From Micavibrio sp. (GTDB lineage Bacteria; Patescibacteriota; Minisyncoccia; Moranbacterales; GCA-2747515): a stretch of 64,000 bases of DNA. Both the position numbers and the translations under genes were made by a program. The number at the start of each line of letters is the position of its first letter. Positions within the stretch are counted from its first letter, which is position 1. Positions 20,086-30,594 of this stretch are shown one piece after another. The stretch spans positions 8,510 through 72,509 of the forward strand of contig DYDB01000006.1 of NCBI GenBank assembly GCA_020718085.1, in the 5' to 3' direction. The notes below the pieces were generated by a model. It was given only the letters and a program-made list of their open reading frames with translations. It did no database searches and was not told the DNA's origin.

Positions 20086-20403
20086 ATGGTCATTTCTTCA
20101 GTGTCTCCTGTGGAAGCAAAAGAAATTATGGACGCCAGTGGTACTGATGCGATCCTTTTGGATGTGCGTACAGAAGGAGAATATCAACGCGTGCACATTC
20201 CTGGATCGATCCTGATTCCTGTTGATGAGCTACAAAAACGTTATAGCGAACTGGATCGTAAAAAAAGGATCGTCGTGTACTGTGCAAGTGGCAATCGATC
20301 ACAAACAGCTTGTCGCATTCTTGAACAGGAAGGATTCAGTGAGTGCATAAATATGGCTGGAGGAATAGGTGCATGGATCACGCATGGACTGGTCGTGGAA
20401 TGA
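20086..20403 (+). CDS. Single-domain rhodanese-like sulfurtransferase
   Basis: 'VVYCASGNRSQTACRILEQEGF', 105 aa. Confidence 0.85.
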   Translation: MVISSVSPVEAKEIMDASGTDAILLDVRTEGEYQRVHIPGSILIPVDELQKRYSELDRKKRIVVYCASGNRSQTACRILEQEGFSECINMAGGIGAWITHGLVVE

Positions 20404-20432
20404 TCTATAAGTAAAATATACTAAAAAAATAA

Positions 20433-23400
20433 ATGAATATGAAAAGGTTGTTACAATATGTGTTGCTATTTTTTATGTCATCACTTTTGATATGTCACAC
20501 GACTTACGCAGCGGATGGTGATAGAGATCCCGATTTTTTAAGTGGTATAAACGGTGCTAATGGTGATATTTATACAACAATACTGCAACCAGATGGTAAA
20601 ATTATTATTGGAGGAGATTTTACCATTTATGGAGGAATAAATAGTCGTAATCATATTGCTCGTCTCAATGTCGATGGTTCTCTGGATATGAGTTTTGATC
20701 CGGGCAGTGGAGCTAACGATTATGTTCGCATCGCCGCTGTTCAATCCGATGGAAAAATCATTATTGGGGGAAATTTCACTACATACAATGGCATAGGCTC
20801 AAATCGCATTATTCGACTCAATGCTGACGGTTCACTAGACTCCTCATTTACCATAGGCACTGGAGCAAATAATAGTGTGACAGAAATTTCTTTTCAGTCC
20901 GATGGAAAAATCGTTATCGGTGGCAATTTCACCACATATAATGGTATATCTAGGAGTCGTATTGCTCGTCTCAATACTGACGGCACATTAGATGCGAGTT
21001 TTAATCCAGGAACGGGATTCAATGCTTCTGTGGCGGGTGTTGATATTCAATCCGATGGAAAAATTGTTGTCGGAGGTGTTTTTACCAGTTATAACAGTAT
21101 CGGCCAGAATCGCATCGCACGCCTTAATGCCGATGGCTCGTTAGACACGAGTTTCATCGTTGGTACGGGAGCAGATAGTTCTGTCCTTGCAACCGGCATG
21201 CAGACTGATGGAAAAATTATCATCGCTGGACGATTTGCCAGCTACAATGGCATTAGTATTAATGATGTTGCACGTCTCAATACTGATGGCTCGCTGGATA
21301 CAAGTTTTGATCCTGGAACGGGAACAACGGGTGATGTGGAGCAGGTTAATATGCAAACTGATGGAAAAATTGTCATTTCTGGTTATTTTAGTACATATAA
21401 TGGTACAGCAAGAAAATATATAGCTCGTCTCAATTCTGATGGTTCAGTAGATGCAAGTTTTGATCCGGGAACAGGAATTGGTGGTGAAAATCTTATTATT
21501 TTTAGTACAGCCATTCAAACAGATAACAAAATTGTTATTGGCGGAAGTTTTGATAACTATGGCGGCGTTTCTCGCAATCACATTGCACGTCTCAATGCTG
21601 ATGGCATACTCGATAATGTATTCAACATAGGTAATGGAGCGGGAACAAGCGGTGATGTCAGAGGTACGGCAACACAGTCCGATGGAAAGGTTGTTATTGT
21701 GGGAAACTTTGATAGCTATAATGGCGTTAACAGTAACTATATTGCTCGCATTAACGTTGATGGTACATTGGATACCACGTTTGATGTTGGTGCGGGGGCA
21801 AATAACTATATTTATGATGTGGGTATTCAGTCAGACGGCAAAGTTATCATTGCAGGAAGTTTCAGCGCATATAATGGCACGGCGATCAATCGTATTGCTC
21901 GTCTTAATACTGATGGAAGTCTAGATACTACTTTCAATAGCGGTTCAGCAGCAAATAATGTTATTTTTGCTATTGATATTCAGCAAAATGATAAAATTAT
22001 TATTGGTGGTAATTTCACTGCATACAACGGCACAACCAGAAACCGTATCGCGCAGCTCAATGTGGATGGTACGTTAGATGCGAACTTTTCTACAGGGGCT
22101 GGAGCGAATAATTCCATCTACAATATAGGAGTTCAATCAGATGGCAAGATTATTATTGCAGGTAACTTCACTGCATACAATGGCACAACCAGAAACCGTA
22201 TTGCGCGCGTGAATGTCGACGGCACACTAGATACAGAATTTACAGTAGGGACAGGAGCAAATAATATTATTTATACTACCATTATCCAGCCTGATGATAA
22301 GATCGTTATTGGTGGTAATTTTACCACATACAACGGTACAACCAGAAACCGTATTGCTCGCCTTGATGCCAATGGCACATTAGATGCGGCATTTACTATA
22401 GGAACAGGTGCAAATAATTATGTCTATGATATGGATATTCAATTTGACAATAAAATTGTTATTGGTGGCAACTTCACTACATACAACGGGATAATGAGAA
22501 ATTATATCGCGCGTCTTAATACTGATGGCACATTAGATACGAGTTTTGATCCGGGCTCAGGTGCAGATAGCGAGGTTAGCAGTATTGAGCTTCAGTCTGA
22601 TGGAAAAATTATGGCTGGAGGATGGTTTGAAATTTATGATAATACACATGCTGAATATGTAACAAGGATTTTATCTGATTTTCAAACTATAAGTCCAACA
22701 GTTTTTACTGGTCGAGTAAGTAACAATGCAGACGCAAGTGCTACTATGGAGGGTATCATTACGGGTACAGGCGGTGAGAATCCGGAACGTATTATCGAAT
22801 GGGGAACGGAAAGTAGTAATTATAATAACTTTTGTACGGCTGGTGTGGGAGGTATTGGGGGTTATGCATGTTCTATGACAGGGCTTACACTGAACGATAC
22901 ATATTTCATTCGAGCAAAGGCTACAAATAGTATCGGAACAAGCTATGGTCAAGAGATAACATATACACATTTTGAGTCTCTTGCGGAGACCATTGTTCCC
23001 AATGAATTTATTGGAGGAGGTGTCAGTCAAGGGTGGCAGGATGATGAAATGACGTGGGCATATACACTTCCGTTTGATTTTTCATTTTACGGTGAATTAT
23101 ATGTTGCAGGAACGTCAATTGGCATCACATCAAACGGACAAATTTGCTTGGAGGATGATTCAACTTGTGTGGATTATGAAAATAATATTACATCACAATT
23201 GCATGGACCATTTATTGCGCCATTGTGGACAGATTTAAATTCCACAAATACAGGTGGCATTTTCATTACGGAAACACCGGAATATATCGTTATCAGATGG
23301 GAAACGGAAGAATATGATGTCCCGGGAGAGGTGTTGAATTTTGAAGTCGTGCTCTATTCTAATGGTAACATTAAATTTAATTATGATACGCAAACTGCTC

Positions 23401-24089
23401 CATTGGAAAATGTTGTCGCCACGGTTGGAATTTCGAAGGGCGATGGCACATACGTTGCATCGATTTATGATGGTCATACAGACTTTAATCAAATCGACAC
23501 ATCCGCGTGGGGTGACTTCAATGCTGGCGGAAGCGCAGCACAAACTCACTCCCAATCCCTCTCCGCCACTATCCAAGAAAACCTCACTCTCACCTGCGGA
23601 GGAGATATAGACTTAGACAATAATACAACCCTCATCCCGGGCATCCCGCAATCAAATATCACAACCTGCACCGTAACCACAAATGATGCAGAAGGGTACG
23701 ATCTCCAACTCACAGATGATAGAGGATCGAATAATACACTCCAACACACAATACACGGAACAACAACGGATGGACAAATACAAGACAAAACTCCTTGGAA
23801 TCTCACATCTCCCAATGCCACAAGTTACACAGGAGAAGGACTTGCATTCGGCATCCTAAACTCCACCGCAACAAAAAACACCACCTGGTGGGGCACAGGA
23901 AATACATGCGATGATACAAATCAATTCTATGCAGGAATCCCGCAAACAGACACTACAATCATGGGACACACAACATACTCCAATACACAAACAGACACAG
24001 AGATCTGTTATCGCATAAACGTTCCATCCACACAAATCTCCGGAGAGTATACGGGGTCGGTGACGTATACGGCAACAGGGAGGCCGTAA
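20433..24089 (+). CDS. Giant secreted repeat protein: signal peptide, ~17 tandem ~55-aa 'delta-60'/beta-propeller-type repeats, and C-terminal beta-sandwich (Fn3-like) domains
   Basis: Signal peptide MKRLLQYVLLFFMSSLLICHTTYA. Repeat unit 'DGKIIIGGNFTTYNGxxRNRIARLNxDGSLDTSFxxGTGAN'. The nucleotide repeats are near-identical (e.g. 'acaaccagaaaccgtattgc' x3 at ~22030, 22185, 22340). Confidence 0.75.
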   Translation: MNMKRLLQYVLLFFMSSLLICHTTYAADGDRDPDFLSGINGANGDIYTTILQPDGKIIIGGDFTIYGGINSRNHIARLNVDGSLDMSFDPGSGANDYVRIAAVQSDGKIIIGGNFTTYNGIGSNRIIRLNADGSLDSSFTIGTGANNSVTEISFQSDGKIVIGGNFTTYNGISRSRIARLNTDGTLDASFNPGTGFNASVAGVDIQSDGKIVVGGVFTSYNSIGQNRIARLNADGSLDTSFIVGTGADSSVLATGMQTDGKIIIAGRFASYNGISINDVARLNTDGSLDTSFDPGTGTTGDVEQVNMQTDGKIVISGYFSTYNGTARKYIARLNSDGSVDASFDPGTGIGGENLIIFSTAIQTDNKIVIGGSFDNYGGVSRNHIARLNADGILDNVFNIGNGAGTSGDVRGTATQSDGKVVIVGNFDSYNGVNSNYIARINVDGTLDTTFDVGAGANNYIYDVGIQSDGKVIIAGSFSAYNGTAINRIARLNTDGSLDTTFNSGSAANNVIFAIDIQQNDKIIIGGNFTAYNGTTRNRIAQLNVDGTLDANFSTGAGANNSIYNIGVQSDGKIIIAGNFTAYNGTTRNRIARVNVDGTLDTEFTVGTGANNIIYTTIIQPDDKIVIGGNFTTYNGTTRNRIARLDANGTLDAAFTIGTGANNYVYDMDIQFDNKIVIGGNFTTYNGIMRNYIARLNTDGTLDTSFDPGSGADSEVSSIELQSDGKIMAGGWFEIYDNTHAEYVTRILSDFQTISPTVFTGRVSNNADASATMEGIITGTGGENPERIIEWGTESSNYNNFCTAGVGGIGGYACSMTGLTLNDTYFIRAKATNSIGTSYGQEITYTHFESLAETIVPNEFIGGGVSQGWQDDEMTWAYTLPFDFSFYGELYVAGTSIGITSNGQICLEDDSTCVDYENNITSQLHGPFIAPLWTDLNSTNTGGIFITETPEYIVIRWETEEYDVPGEVLNFEVVLYSNGNIKFNYDTQTAPLENVVATVGISKGDGTYVASIYDGHTDFNQIDTSAWGDFNAGGSAAQTHSQSLSATIQENLTLTCGGDIDLDNNTTLIPGIPQSNITTCTVTTNDAEGYDLQLTDDRGSNNTLQHTIHGTTTDGQIQDKTPWNLTSPNATSYTGEGLAFGILNSTATKNTTWWGTGNTCDDTNQFYAGIPQTDTTIMGHTTYSNTQTDTEICYRINVPSTQISGEYTGSVTYTATGRP

Positions 24090-24108
24090 AACAAAACACA
24101 TGTGCATA

Positions 24109-24143
24109 AAAAACCATGTAACATAAAGTTATATGGTTTTTTA
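24109..24143 (+). terminator. Probable Rho-independent terminator (aaaaccat...atggtttt + TTTT), AT-rich stem
   Basis: Hairpin plus T-run 20 bp after the stop. The stem is weak. Confidence 0.45.
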
Positions 24144-24420
24144 GATTGCTTCTCCGCCCGAGGTGGATCGCAATGACATCCTTATATTTTAGAGAGGTCT
24201 AGTATGAGATAATACAGATTTTAAAAACAAAAAATAGCATCTTTTCAGAATGCTGTTTCTTAAGAAGTAATAAGCAAAAAATAGATTAAAAATAAACTAT
24301 TTATTGTGTTTTGTGAGTGCAAAATTGTTTTATATTTTTATATTTTTTTGATCACATAAAAGCTTTCTTTTTTGTTTTTGGCATGTTAGAGTGTGAGTGT
24401 ATCAGTTAAGTTATGGATGT

Positions 24421-26124
24421 ATGAGAAAAGAGATCGAAAGTGTCGTTTTGAATGCAATCTCGCGTCTTCAGGAGAAATCTAAATGGACTGTTTTTGATGT
24501 GCCAACAGTAAGTATTGATAGGCCGAAGGATAATGCACATGGTGATTGGGTGACGAATGTCTCATTTGCAATTGCAAAAATGTTAAAAAAAACACCGGTT
24601 GTTGTGGCGGAAGAGTTGGCAACAGAGATCAATACTGCAGTTAGTGAGAACATTTCGCATGCTGATGGTATTGCGCCGGGATTTGTGAATTTTTCTTTGC
24701 ATAGAAAAGCAGTGATAGGGGAAGTGCAAAAAATTGTAAATGAAAAAGATGATTTTGGGAAAAATACAGTTCTAACAGGGCAAAAGATCATGGTGGAATA
24801 CACACAGCCAAATCCCTTTAAACCATTTCATATCGGACATCTCATGAGCAATACGATCGGGGAATCGATCTCACGCATTGTGGAATTTTGTGGAGCCAAT
24901 GTTGTGCGTGCAAATTATCAAGGTGATGTGGGGCCACATGTGGCAAAGTCGTTGTGGGCGATCCAGAAATTCGGTTATGACATCACAAACATTGATGAGA
25001 TCGGTAAGGCATATGCAAAAGGCCATGAAGCATATGAGGCAGATGAAAAGGCAAAGGAGGAAATTCATGCGATCAATAAGGCGGTATATATGTGTAGCGA
25101 CGATGCATTGATGCGATTGTATGCGATCGGGCGACAAAAAACATTGGAGCGCTTTGAAGAGATCTATGCAATTCTCGGTACGAAATTTGATGCATATTAT
25201 TTTGAAAGTGAAACATGGAAGCGTGGAGCACAAGTTGTGCGTGAGCACATGGGAGATATTTTTGAGGAAAGTGATGGTGCCGTGATCTTTGATGGAGAAG
25301 AATACAATTTGCATAAACGCGTATTCATCACATCGCAGGGACTGCCTACATATGAGGCAAAAGAGATTGGTCTTGCTCTACTCAAAAAAGAGACTAATCC
25401 TTCCGATCTGTACATGATGACCACTGCCGTAGAACAGGAGGAATATTTTAAAGTGGTGATGAAGGCAATTGAACTTGTTGATGCGACATTTGCGGGAAAG
25501 ATCATACATATTCCACATGGCATGATGATGCTCACAACCGGAAAAATGTCATCGCGCAAAGGAAATGTGATCACAGGAGAAACATTAATTGCTGATGCAC
25601 AAGAGGTTGCCAGACATAAAATGAGTGAGCGGGCAATTGATCACTCGAGGGAGTCTACGGTGAATATGATCGCTGTTGCCGGAATTAAATTTGGCATTCT
25701 CAGGCAATTTATCGGTAAGAACATTGCCTATGACACAGAATCCGCGATGTCTTTTGATGGAGATAGCGGACCATATTTGCAATATACGTATGCACGGTGT
25801 CAGTCGGTAATTGCAAAGGCACAAGAAAAAGGTATCATGAGTTCTTTTGCACATCCATGTGAAGGATCAATATTGTTGGAGCGACTTCTTGTGCAATTTC
25901 CAGAAATTGTTGTGCGTGCAAATGCAGAACGTGCACCACATCAGATTGCAACATATATAATCAAATGTGCACGAGAATTCAATGCATATTATGCAAAAAA
26001 TGTTTTGATCGATGACAGGGATCGTGAACTTTCCGCATATCGTATTGCTGTGGCACAAGCAACGGCGCAAGTTGTTAAAAATGGTCTTTTTCTCCTCGGT
26101 ATTTCAACACCAGAAAAAATGTAA
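24421..26124 (+). CDS. argS: Arginine--tRNA ligase
   Basis: Class I HIGH motif 'PFHIGHLMSNTIGESISRI'. Typical ArgRS Add1 N-terminal domain and C-terminal DALR domain. The ORF track starts at the GTG at 24397; the first in-frame ATG is at 24421. Confidence 0.9.
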   Translation: MRKEIESVVLNAISRLQEKSKWTVFDVPTVSIDRPKDNAHGDWVTNVSFAIAKMLKKTPVVVAEELATEINTAVSENISHADGIAPGFVNFSLHRKAVIGEVQKIVNEKDDFGKNTVLTGQKIMVEYTQPNPFKPFHIGHLMSNTIGESISRIVEFCGANVVRANYQGDVGPHVAKSLWAIQKFGYDITNIDEIGKAYAKGHEAYEADEKAKEEIHAINKAVYMCSDDALMRLYAIGRQKTLERFEEIYAILGTKFDAYYFESETWKRGAQVVREHMGDIFEESDGAVIFDGEEYNLHKRVFITSQGLPTYEAKEIGLALLKKETNPSDLYMMTTAVEQEEYFKVVMKAIELVDATFAGKIIHIPHGMMMLTTGKMSSRKGNVITGETLIADAQEVARHKMSERAIDHSRESTVNMIAVAGIKFGILRQFIGKNIAYDTESAMSFDGDSGPYLQYTYARCQSVIAKAQEKGIMSSFAHPCEGSILLERLLVQFPEIVVRANAERAPHQIATYIIKCAREFNAYYAKNVLIDDRDRELSAYRIAVAQATAQVVKNGLFLLGISTPEKM

Positions 26125-26142
26125 TTTGTAAAATATACATAT

Positions 26143-27309
26143 ATGCGTATAGGAATTGATGCACGTATGATCCTTAATCCAAAAAAAGGAGATGCGATCG
26201 GTGTTGGTCATTATACATATCAATTGATCCGCCATTTGCTCATAATTGATAAAGAAAATGAGTACGTATTGTTTTTTGATGCACGTGTACGACAAAAAGA
26301 TGTACGTAAATTTTCGCAACCAAATGTAAAGATCGTCTTTTATCCTTTCTCGGATTATAAAAAATATCTTCCTGGCGCATATAATGAAATTTTGACAGCA
26401 GCAATATTGGCACGGGAACATTTGGATGTAGTGCATGTTACATCGGCGGAAATTCGTATTCCGTCCACATACCGTGGAAAAATTATCGTGACATTGCATG
26501 ATCTAGGTATTTATTCCAGTCCAGAGTATTACAAAAACACACATCGCTTGCGTGCAAAAGTGGTCCACCACTTCATGTTGCGCAAAGCACATCATGTAAT
26601 TGCCGTATCACAGAAGATCAAAGATGATGCGCAGAAGATCAATGATCATATTTCGGAAAAAACAAGTGTAATACATTCAGGGTTGGACGAACGATTCTTT
26701 AACAGTGAACCGGAAAATGGGCATATCATTCCGAAAAAATTTGGTATCACAAAAAAATATATTTTGTTTTTAGGCACAATTGAACCAATTAAAAATGTCA
26801 CACGTCTTTTACATGCATTTTCAATTTTTAAAGAAATGCGTGCAAAAAATAATCGAGAAGAAAAATGTGATTATCAGCTTTTGATCGCAGGAAAGCCCGG
26901 ATGGCTTGCGCAAGATATAAAAAACTTTGTGCATGATCTGCAATTGACCAAAGATGTCCGTTTTACGGGATATGTTATTGGTGATGAACTTGTGCCACTT
27001 TTCACACATGCGGAATTCTTTGTTCTTCCGTCGTTATATGAAGGGTTTGGCACGACTGTATTAGAAGCATTTGCGACAGGGACACCTGTGATCGCAAGTA
27101 ATGTTGGTTCAATTCCTGAAATCGTGAAGGATGCCGCATATCTTATCGATCCAATTGATACAAAGGGAATCGCAGAGGCAATGACGACATTTGCCAGTGA
27201 TGCAATATTGCGTGATGCATACCGTGCAAAAGGGCGTGAACGTGCAAAAGATTTTAGCTGGCACAAAACTGCACAAGAAACGCTTGCGCTGTATTGTACG
27301 ATTTTATAA
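26143..27309 (+). CDS. Glycosyltransferase family 4 (GT-B, retaining)
   Basis: 'FVLPSLYEGFGTTVLEAFATGTPVIASNVGSIPEIV' is the GT4 E-x7-E motif region. 388 aa. Confidence 0.85.
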   Translation: MRIGIDARMILNPKKGDAIGVGHYTYQLIRHLLIIDKENEYVLFFDARVRQKDVRKFSQPNVKIVFYPFSDYKKYLPGAYNEILTAAILAREHLDVVHVTSAEIRIPSTYRGKIIVTLHDLGIYSSPEYYKNTHRLRAKVVHHFMLRKAHHVIAVSQKIKDDAQKINDHISEKTSVIHSGLDERFFNSEPENGHIIPKKFGITKKYILFLGTIEPIKNVTRLLHAFSIFKEMRAKNNREEKCDYQLLIAGKPGWLAQDIKNFVHDLQLTKDVRFTGYVIGDELVPLFTHAEFFVLPSLYEGFGTTVLEAFATGTPVIASNVGSIPEIVKDAAYLIDPIDTKGIAEAMTTFASDAILRDAYRAKGRERAKDFSWHKTAQETLALYCTIL

Positions 27310-27329
27310 CTTCAGAATTTATCAAAATT

Positions 27330-28283
27330 TCAGTTTGCTACCGGTAAGTCTCCTGCTTGGCGTAGTTCACGTATGGAGAGGTAGAGGAATACGCCAAGGA
27401 TGATAATCGTATTGAGTGGAGCGAGCCAATAAGGGAAATGTTCTCCAAATGCTTCCAATATCATGATGCCTCCAAGCACGCCAATGGAATACATAGCACC
27501 ATTTTTGAGATATTCATATTTTGCAATGCGATCTATGCCTTTGACCGTCAGTTCACGTACAACAAATGCACCAATGCCGTTGCCAATCAAAATGAGCGGA
27601 ATGGATAACGTGAAAGCAAAGGCGCCAATTACGCCATCGATGGAAAAGCTGGTATCTAATACTTCGAGGTAAATAATTTTTGACCATGCGGACACATTGC
27701 TTTTTGTCTGCAATTCTTTCTCTTTCTCTTCTGCGTTTTTTTTGAAACCGTCTGTGATGAAGAATGCAGAAACACCGATGCTTGCTGCAAGCGCAAGATG
27801 CGGAATTTCTTGGTATGAAAGCGCCTTATATACGATAAGGGTGGTGACGATAGATGAAATCGCATAAAACCACACGCTTTGACGATGAAGAAATCCTTCA
27901 ACCAAAAATGCATATTTCTTTTCTTCCATAAAAAGCCATGCGAGAAAGACAAAAAAAAGATAGACACCGCCTGCCAAAAGAAGAAGAGGTTTTGAACGTT
28001 CCAAGGATTCAACAACAGCGCTGTCTTGTGAAAATGCAGCTGTAAAAACCTGTACGATCGAAAGATCCGGATTGGCGATCCAAATGATCACAAACGGGAG
28101 TAGCCCGCGAACAATAAAGACAGCAAAAAGAATACCCCAAAAAAGAAAGATCTTTCGATATTTTTGTGGCAATGTACGCAAAACATGTGCATTTACGATC
28201 GCATTGTCAATTGAAGAAATAATTTCAAAAACAACCAAACCAATAATGATGACAACGGCAGAAAAAAACATATTTTGTAACAT
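27330..28283 (-). CDS. TerC/DUF475-family integral membrane protein
   Basis: The N-terminal 'FEIISSIDNAIVNA' resembles the TerC E..LS.DN motif. Multi-TM, 317 aa. Confidence 0.5.
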   Translation of the reverse strand: MLQNMFFSAVVIIIGLVVFEIISSIDNAIVNAHVLRTLPQKYRKIFLFWGILFAVFIVRGLLPFVIIWIANPDLSIVQVFTAAFSQDSAVVESLERSKPLLLLAGGVYLFFVFLAWLFMEEKKYAFLVEGFLHRQSVWFYAISSIVTTLIVYKALSYQEIPHLALAASIGVSAFFITDGFKKNAEEKEKELQTKSNVSAWSKIIYLEVLDTSFSIDGVIGAFAFTLSIPLILIGNGIGAFVVRELTVKGIDRIAKYEYLKNGAMYSIGVLGGIMILEAFGEHFPYWLAPLNTIIILGVFLYLSIRELRQAGDLPVAN

Positions 28284-28473
28284 TTCTAATTATGAACATG
28301 GTGTATGGTAGCATAAATTTCTTTTTGCGTAAAACCTGTCTACATAGTCGTATGAGAATCTTTAGATGATCACCAAAAGATCTATTTGACAAATATATGT
28401 GATAAATTACCATAATGGGTAGGGGAAGAATGCCACGGAAAATCAAAAAACACAAAATCACGGAGGAATCTCT

Positions 28474-28890
28474 ATGAAAAAAAATGATGATCGTCACGTG
28501 ATCATTTCATTGTGTATGCACTGTAGAAAAGTCTATGGATGCAAGGTGACTGGGTTAAGCGGGCAAAAAGATAAAACATGTAGGCAGTGTGAAGAGAAAA
28601 GAGTGTGTGCGTGGCGTCATTTTAATGTGTCGCAAGTTGGCAAACAGGAAATCTCCATTTCCCATGGATATTGTTCGAACATCTGTATACTTGTAAATGG
28701 AGACAATGTGGAAAATTTCACCACTGATGAAATTATAAACATGCTTACCACGCAGTCTGGATTTCACGGGAATCCGGCTTTGCTCCGACAACAGATGAAA
28801 ACAGTTGAACATAACGTGCAGTCGAAGCTCATCAGTGAAGAAAATGGTCTTCGGAAGAAAAAAGATATTATTTTGAGGATGTTGTTATGA
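28474..28890 (+). CDS. Hypothetical Cys-rich small protein (possible zinc-ribbon)
   Basis: 'CMHCRKVYGCKVTGLSGQKDKTCRQCEEKRVCAW'. GGAGG RBS 7 nt upstream. No family recognised. Confidence 0.5.
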   Translation: MKKNDDRHVIISLCMHCRKVYGCKVTGLSGQKDKTCRQCEEKRVCAWRHFNVSQVGKQEISISHGYCSNICILVNGDNVENFTTDEIINMLTTQSGFHGNPALLRQQMKTVEHNVQSKLISEENGLRKKKDIILRMLL

Positions 28891-29014
28891 GAGCGTTTTT
28901 GGTGAATACCAAGGCGCTCTTTCTCATTTTTATTGTGAACTTCATATAATGCAGACACATAGTGGTATAATATACATATTACGTTTATATAAATTTTGTA
29001 ATAGACATAACATT

Positions 29015-29863
29015 ATGCACGCGCAAGATCTATATGCACAATTGGAAAAAGATTTCATTACAAAAGACATGAGTGATGAATGGGCGGAATATATGGAGGA
29101 TGTCAAAATGTATCTGTCGGAAAATTTCAAGACACGATCCATGGGAGTTGTGTGTGATTTTGCAAAAAATATCACATGTGCATATACGGCAGTTTTTCCA
29201 TCCGATCGTGTCATGCAATACATGATCGACCGTGATGTATCTGATGCCGTGTTGTTCTTACATCATCCGGAAATTTGGGATGTTCGTCACATGCCTCCGT
29301 TTTATAATATAAATAGTTTTTTTCTTGACATCTTTCGTGAAAGGAACATTGCAATTTATAATTTGCATGTGCCGTTGGATCAATTCAATCCATATGGCAC
29401 AAGCGTCAACCTTGCAAATGCACTTGATCTTACGATCGAACGTCCATTTGCACCATATCTTGGTGCGATGGCGGGCGTGATCGCGACAAGTAATGTACAA
29501 ACGATTGAAGAATTACAAAAGAATTTTGCACATGCGGTTGGCCATGATGTTGCATTATATACATACGGCGACAAGGATATGCATGAGCAAAAGATTGCGC
29601 TTGTTGCAGGAGGCGGTTTGGGGGAAACGATCGGAGAGGTGTATGAAGCGGGCGCAACCATATTCGTGACGGGTGTATCATCCGTAATTTTGCCAGAGTA
29701 TCAAAAAGCACATGATTTTGCCAAAGAAAAAAAGATCAGTATTTTGGGAGGCACGCATTATTCAACGGAAAAATTTGCATGTCAGAAGATGGTTGCATAC
29801 TTTACAGAAAAGGGATTGTCGGCAGAATTCATCGCAGATGATCCACTTATGGAGGATCTATAA
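29015..29863 (+). CDS. Nif3-family dinuclear metal-centre protein (YqfO/YbgI-like)
   Basis: 'FLHHPEIWD', 'IYNLHVPLDQ...GTSVNLANAL', C-terminal 'GGTHYSTEKFA' (Nif3 HHP / H.PLD / GHY.TE motifs). The ORF track begins at an upstream ATG at 28949; the Nif3-like N-terminus starts at 29015. Confidence 0.6.
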   Translation: MHAQDLYAQLEKDFITKDMSDEWAEYMEDVKMYLSENFKTRSMGVVCDFAKNITCAYTAVFPSDRVMQYMIDRDVSDAVLFLHHPEIWDVRHMPPFYNINSFFLDIFRERNIAIYNLHVPLDQFNPYGTSVNLANALDLTIERPFAPYLGAMAGVIATSNVQTIEELQKNFAHAVGHDVALYTYGDKDMHEQKIALVAGGGLGETIGEVYEAGATIFVTGVSSVILPEYQKAHDFAKEKKISILGGTHYSTEKFACQKMVAYFTEKGLSAEFIADDPLMEDL

Positions 29864-29885
29864 ACTCACACAACCATAAAAAGTA

Positions 29886-29925
29886 AAACGAGATCAGAGG
29901 GCATTGCCTCAGATCTCGTTTTCAT
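29886..29925. terminator. Bidirectional terminator hairpin between convergent genes (aaacgagatc...gatctcgttt)
   Basis: ~10-bp outer stem plus inner gagg/cctc stem. T-run on the + strand and A-run on the - strand. Confidence 0.7.
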
Positions 29926-29927
29926 TT

Positions 29928-30386
29928 TTAGAGTTTTTCTTGTATCCATGATCGCGCGATCTCAAACGCATGAGGAATCGGCATATCCGGTTTGATGTTG
30001 CCAATCAGACGGATCTTTTTTGGTTCATGGTCAGGACGTTCCAATAATTTTCTATGGGAACTTTCATAAGGTGTGATCACCAGGTCGAACGCGGAAAGAT
30101 CACGAATCTTCGTGAGGTGTGTTTGATTGTGGACGATAGCAATAATTTCTGTTTCAGAATTTTTTGCATTAAGTTTTTTTTGCAGTGCAGGATCGCGACA
30201 GATCAGAAATCCCAATTGCGCGGCAATTTCACGTACGGATGTTTTGATCTCGAGACCGCGATGTGCGTATCGATCTGTCCCGGCACTTTGTACAGTATCA
30301 ACACCGAATTTTTTCATGAGCAAAAGCTTTATGAGTAAATTCAGCTCGTTATCAAATAAACCAACACATAGGATCTTTTTGTACAT
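29928..30386 (-). CDS. LMW phosphotyrosine-phosphatase/ArsC-fold-like protein with a degenerate active site (possible pseudo-phosphatase)
   Basis: 'KKILCVGLFDNELN...VDTVQSAGTD' aligns with LMW-PTP 'VLFVCLGNICRSP...V.SAGT'. The CX4CR P-loop has lost the Arg and second Cys, and the DPYY loop is replaced by 'TPYE'. Confidence 0.35.
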   Translation of the reverse strand: MYKKILCVGLFDNELNLLIKLLLMKKFGVDTVQSAGTDRYAHRGLEIKTSVREIAAQLGFLICRDPALQKKLNAKNSETEIIAIVHNQTHLTKIRDLSAFDLVITPYESSHRKLLERPDHEPKKIRLIGNIKPDMPIPHAFEIARSWIQEKL

Positions 30387-30499
30387 CTCTACCTCCTTTT
30401 GATGAATTTTTCAACGTTTCCATGTTGCATATACTAGACGAAGTATGGCAACTCTGTCAATTATTAAGGGGTCTTTTTTGGGAAAGAATCTCGCAAACA

Positions 30500-30528
30500 T
30501 TGACAATTTGTAAAAAATATGATATAAT
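30500..30528 (+). promoter_or_regulatory. Near-consensus sigma70 promoter TTGACA-17-TATAAT
   Basis: TTGACA 30500-30505, 17-nt spacer, TATAAT 30523-30528. A second 'ttgacaatttg' copy lies 50 bp downstream. Confidence 0.6.
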
Positions 30529-30594
30529 CCGATATTAGTATCGTTTTTTGACAATTTGAAAGATTTTCAAAAATTACAAAATTGAAGTTACTGA

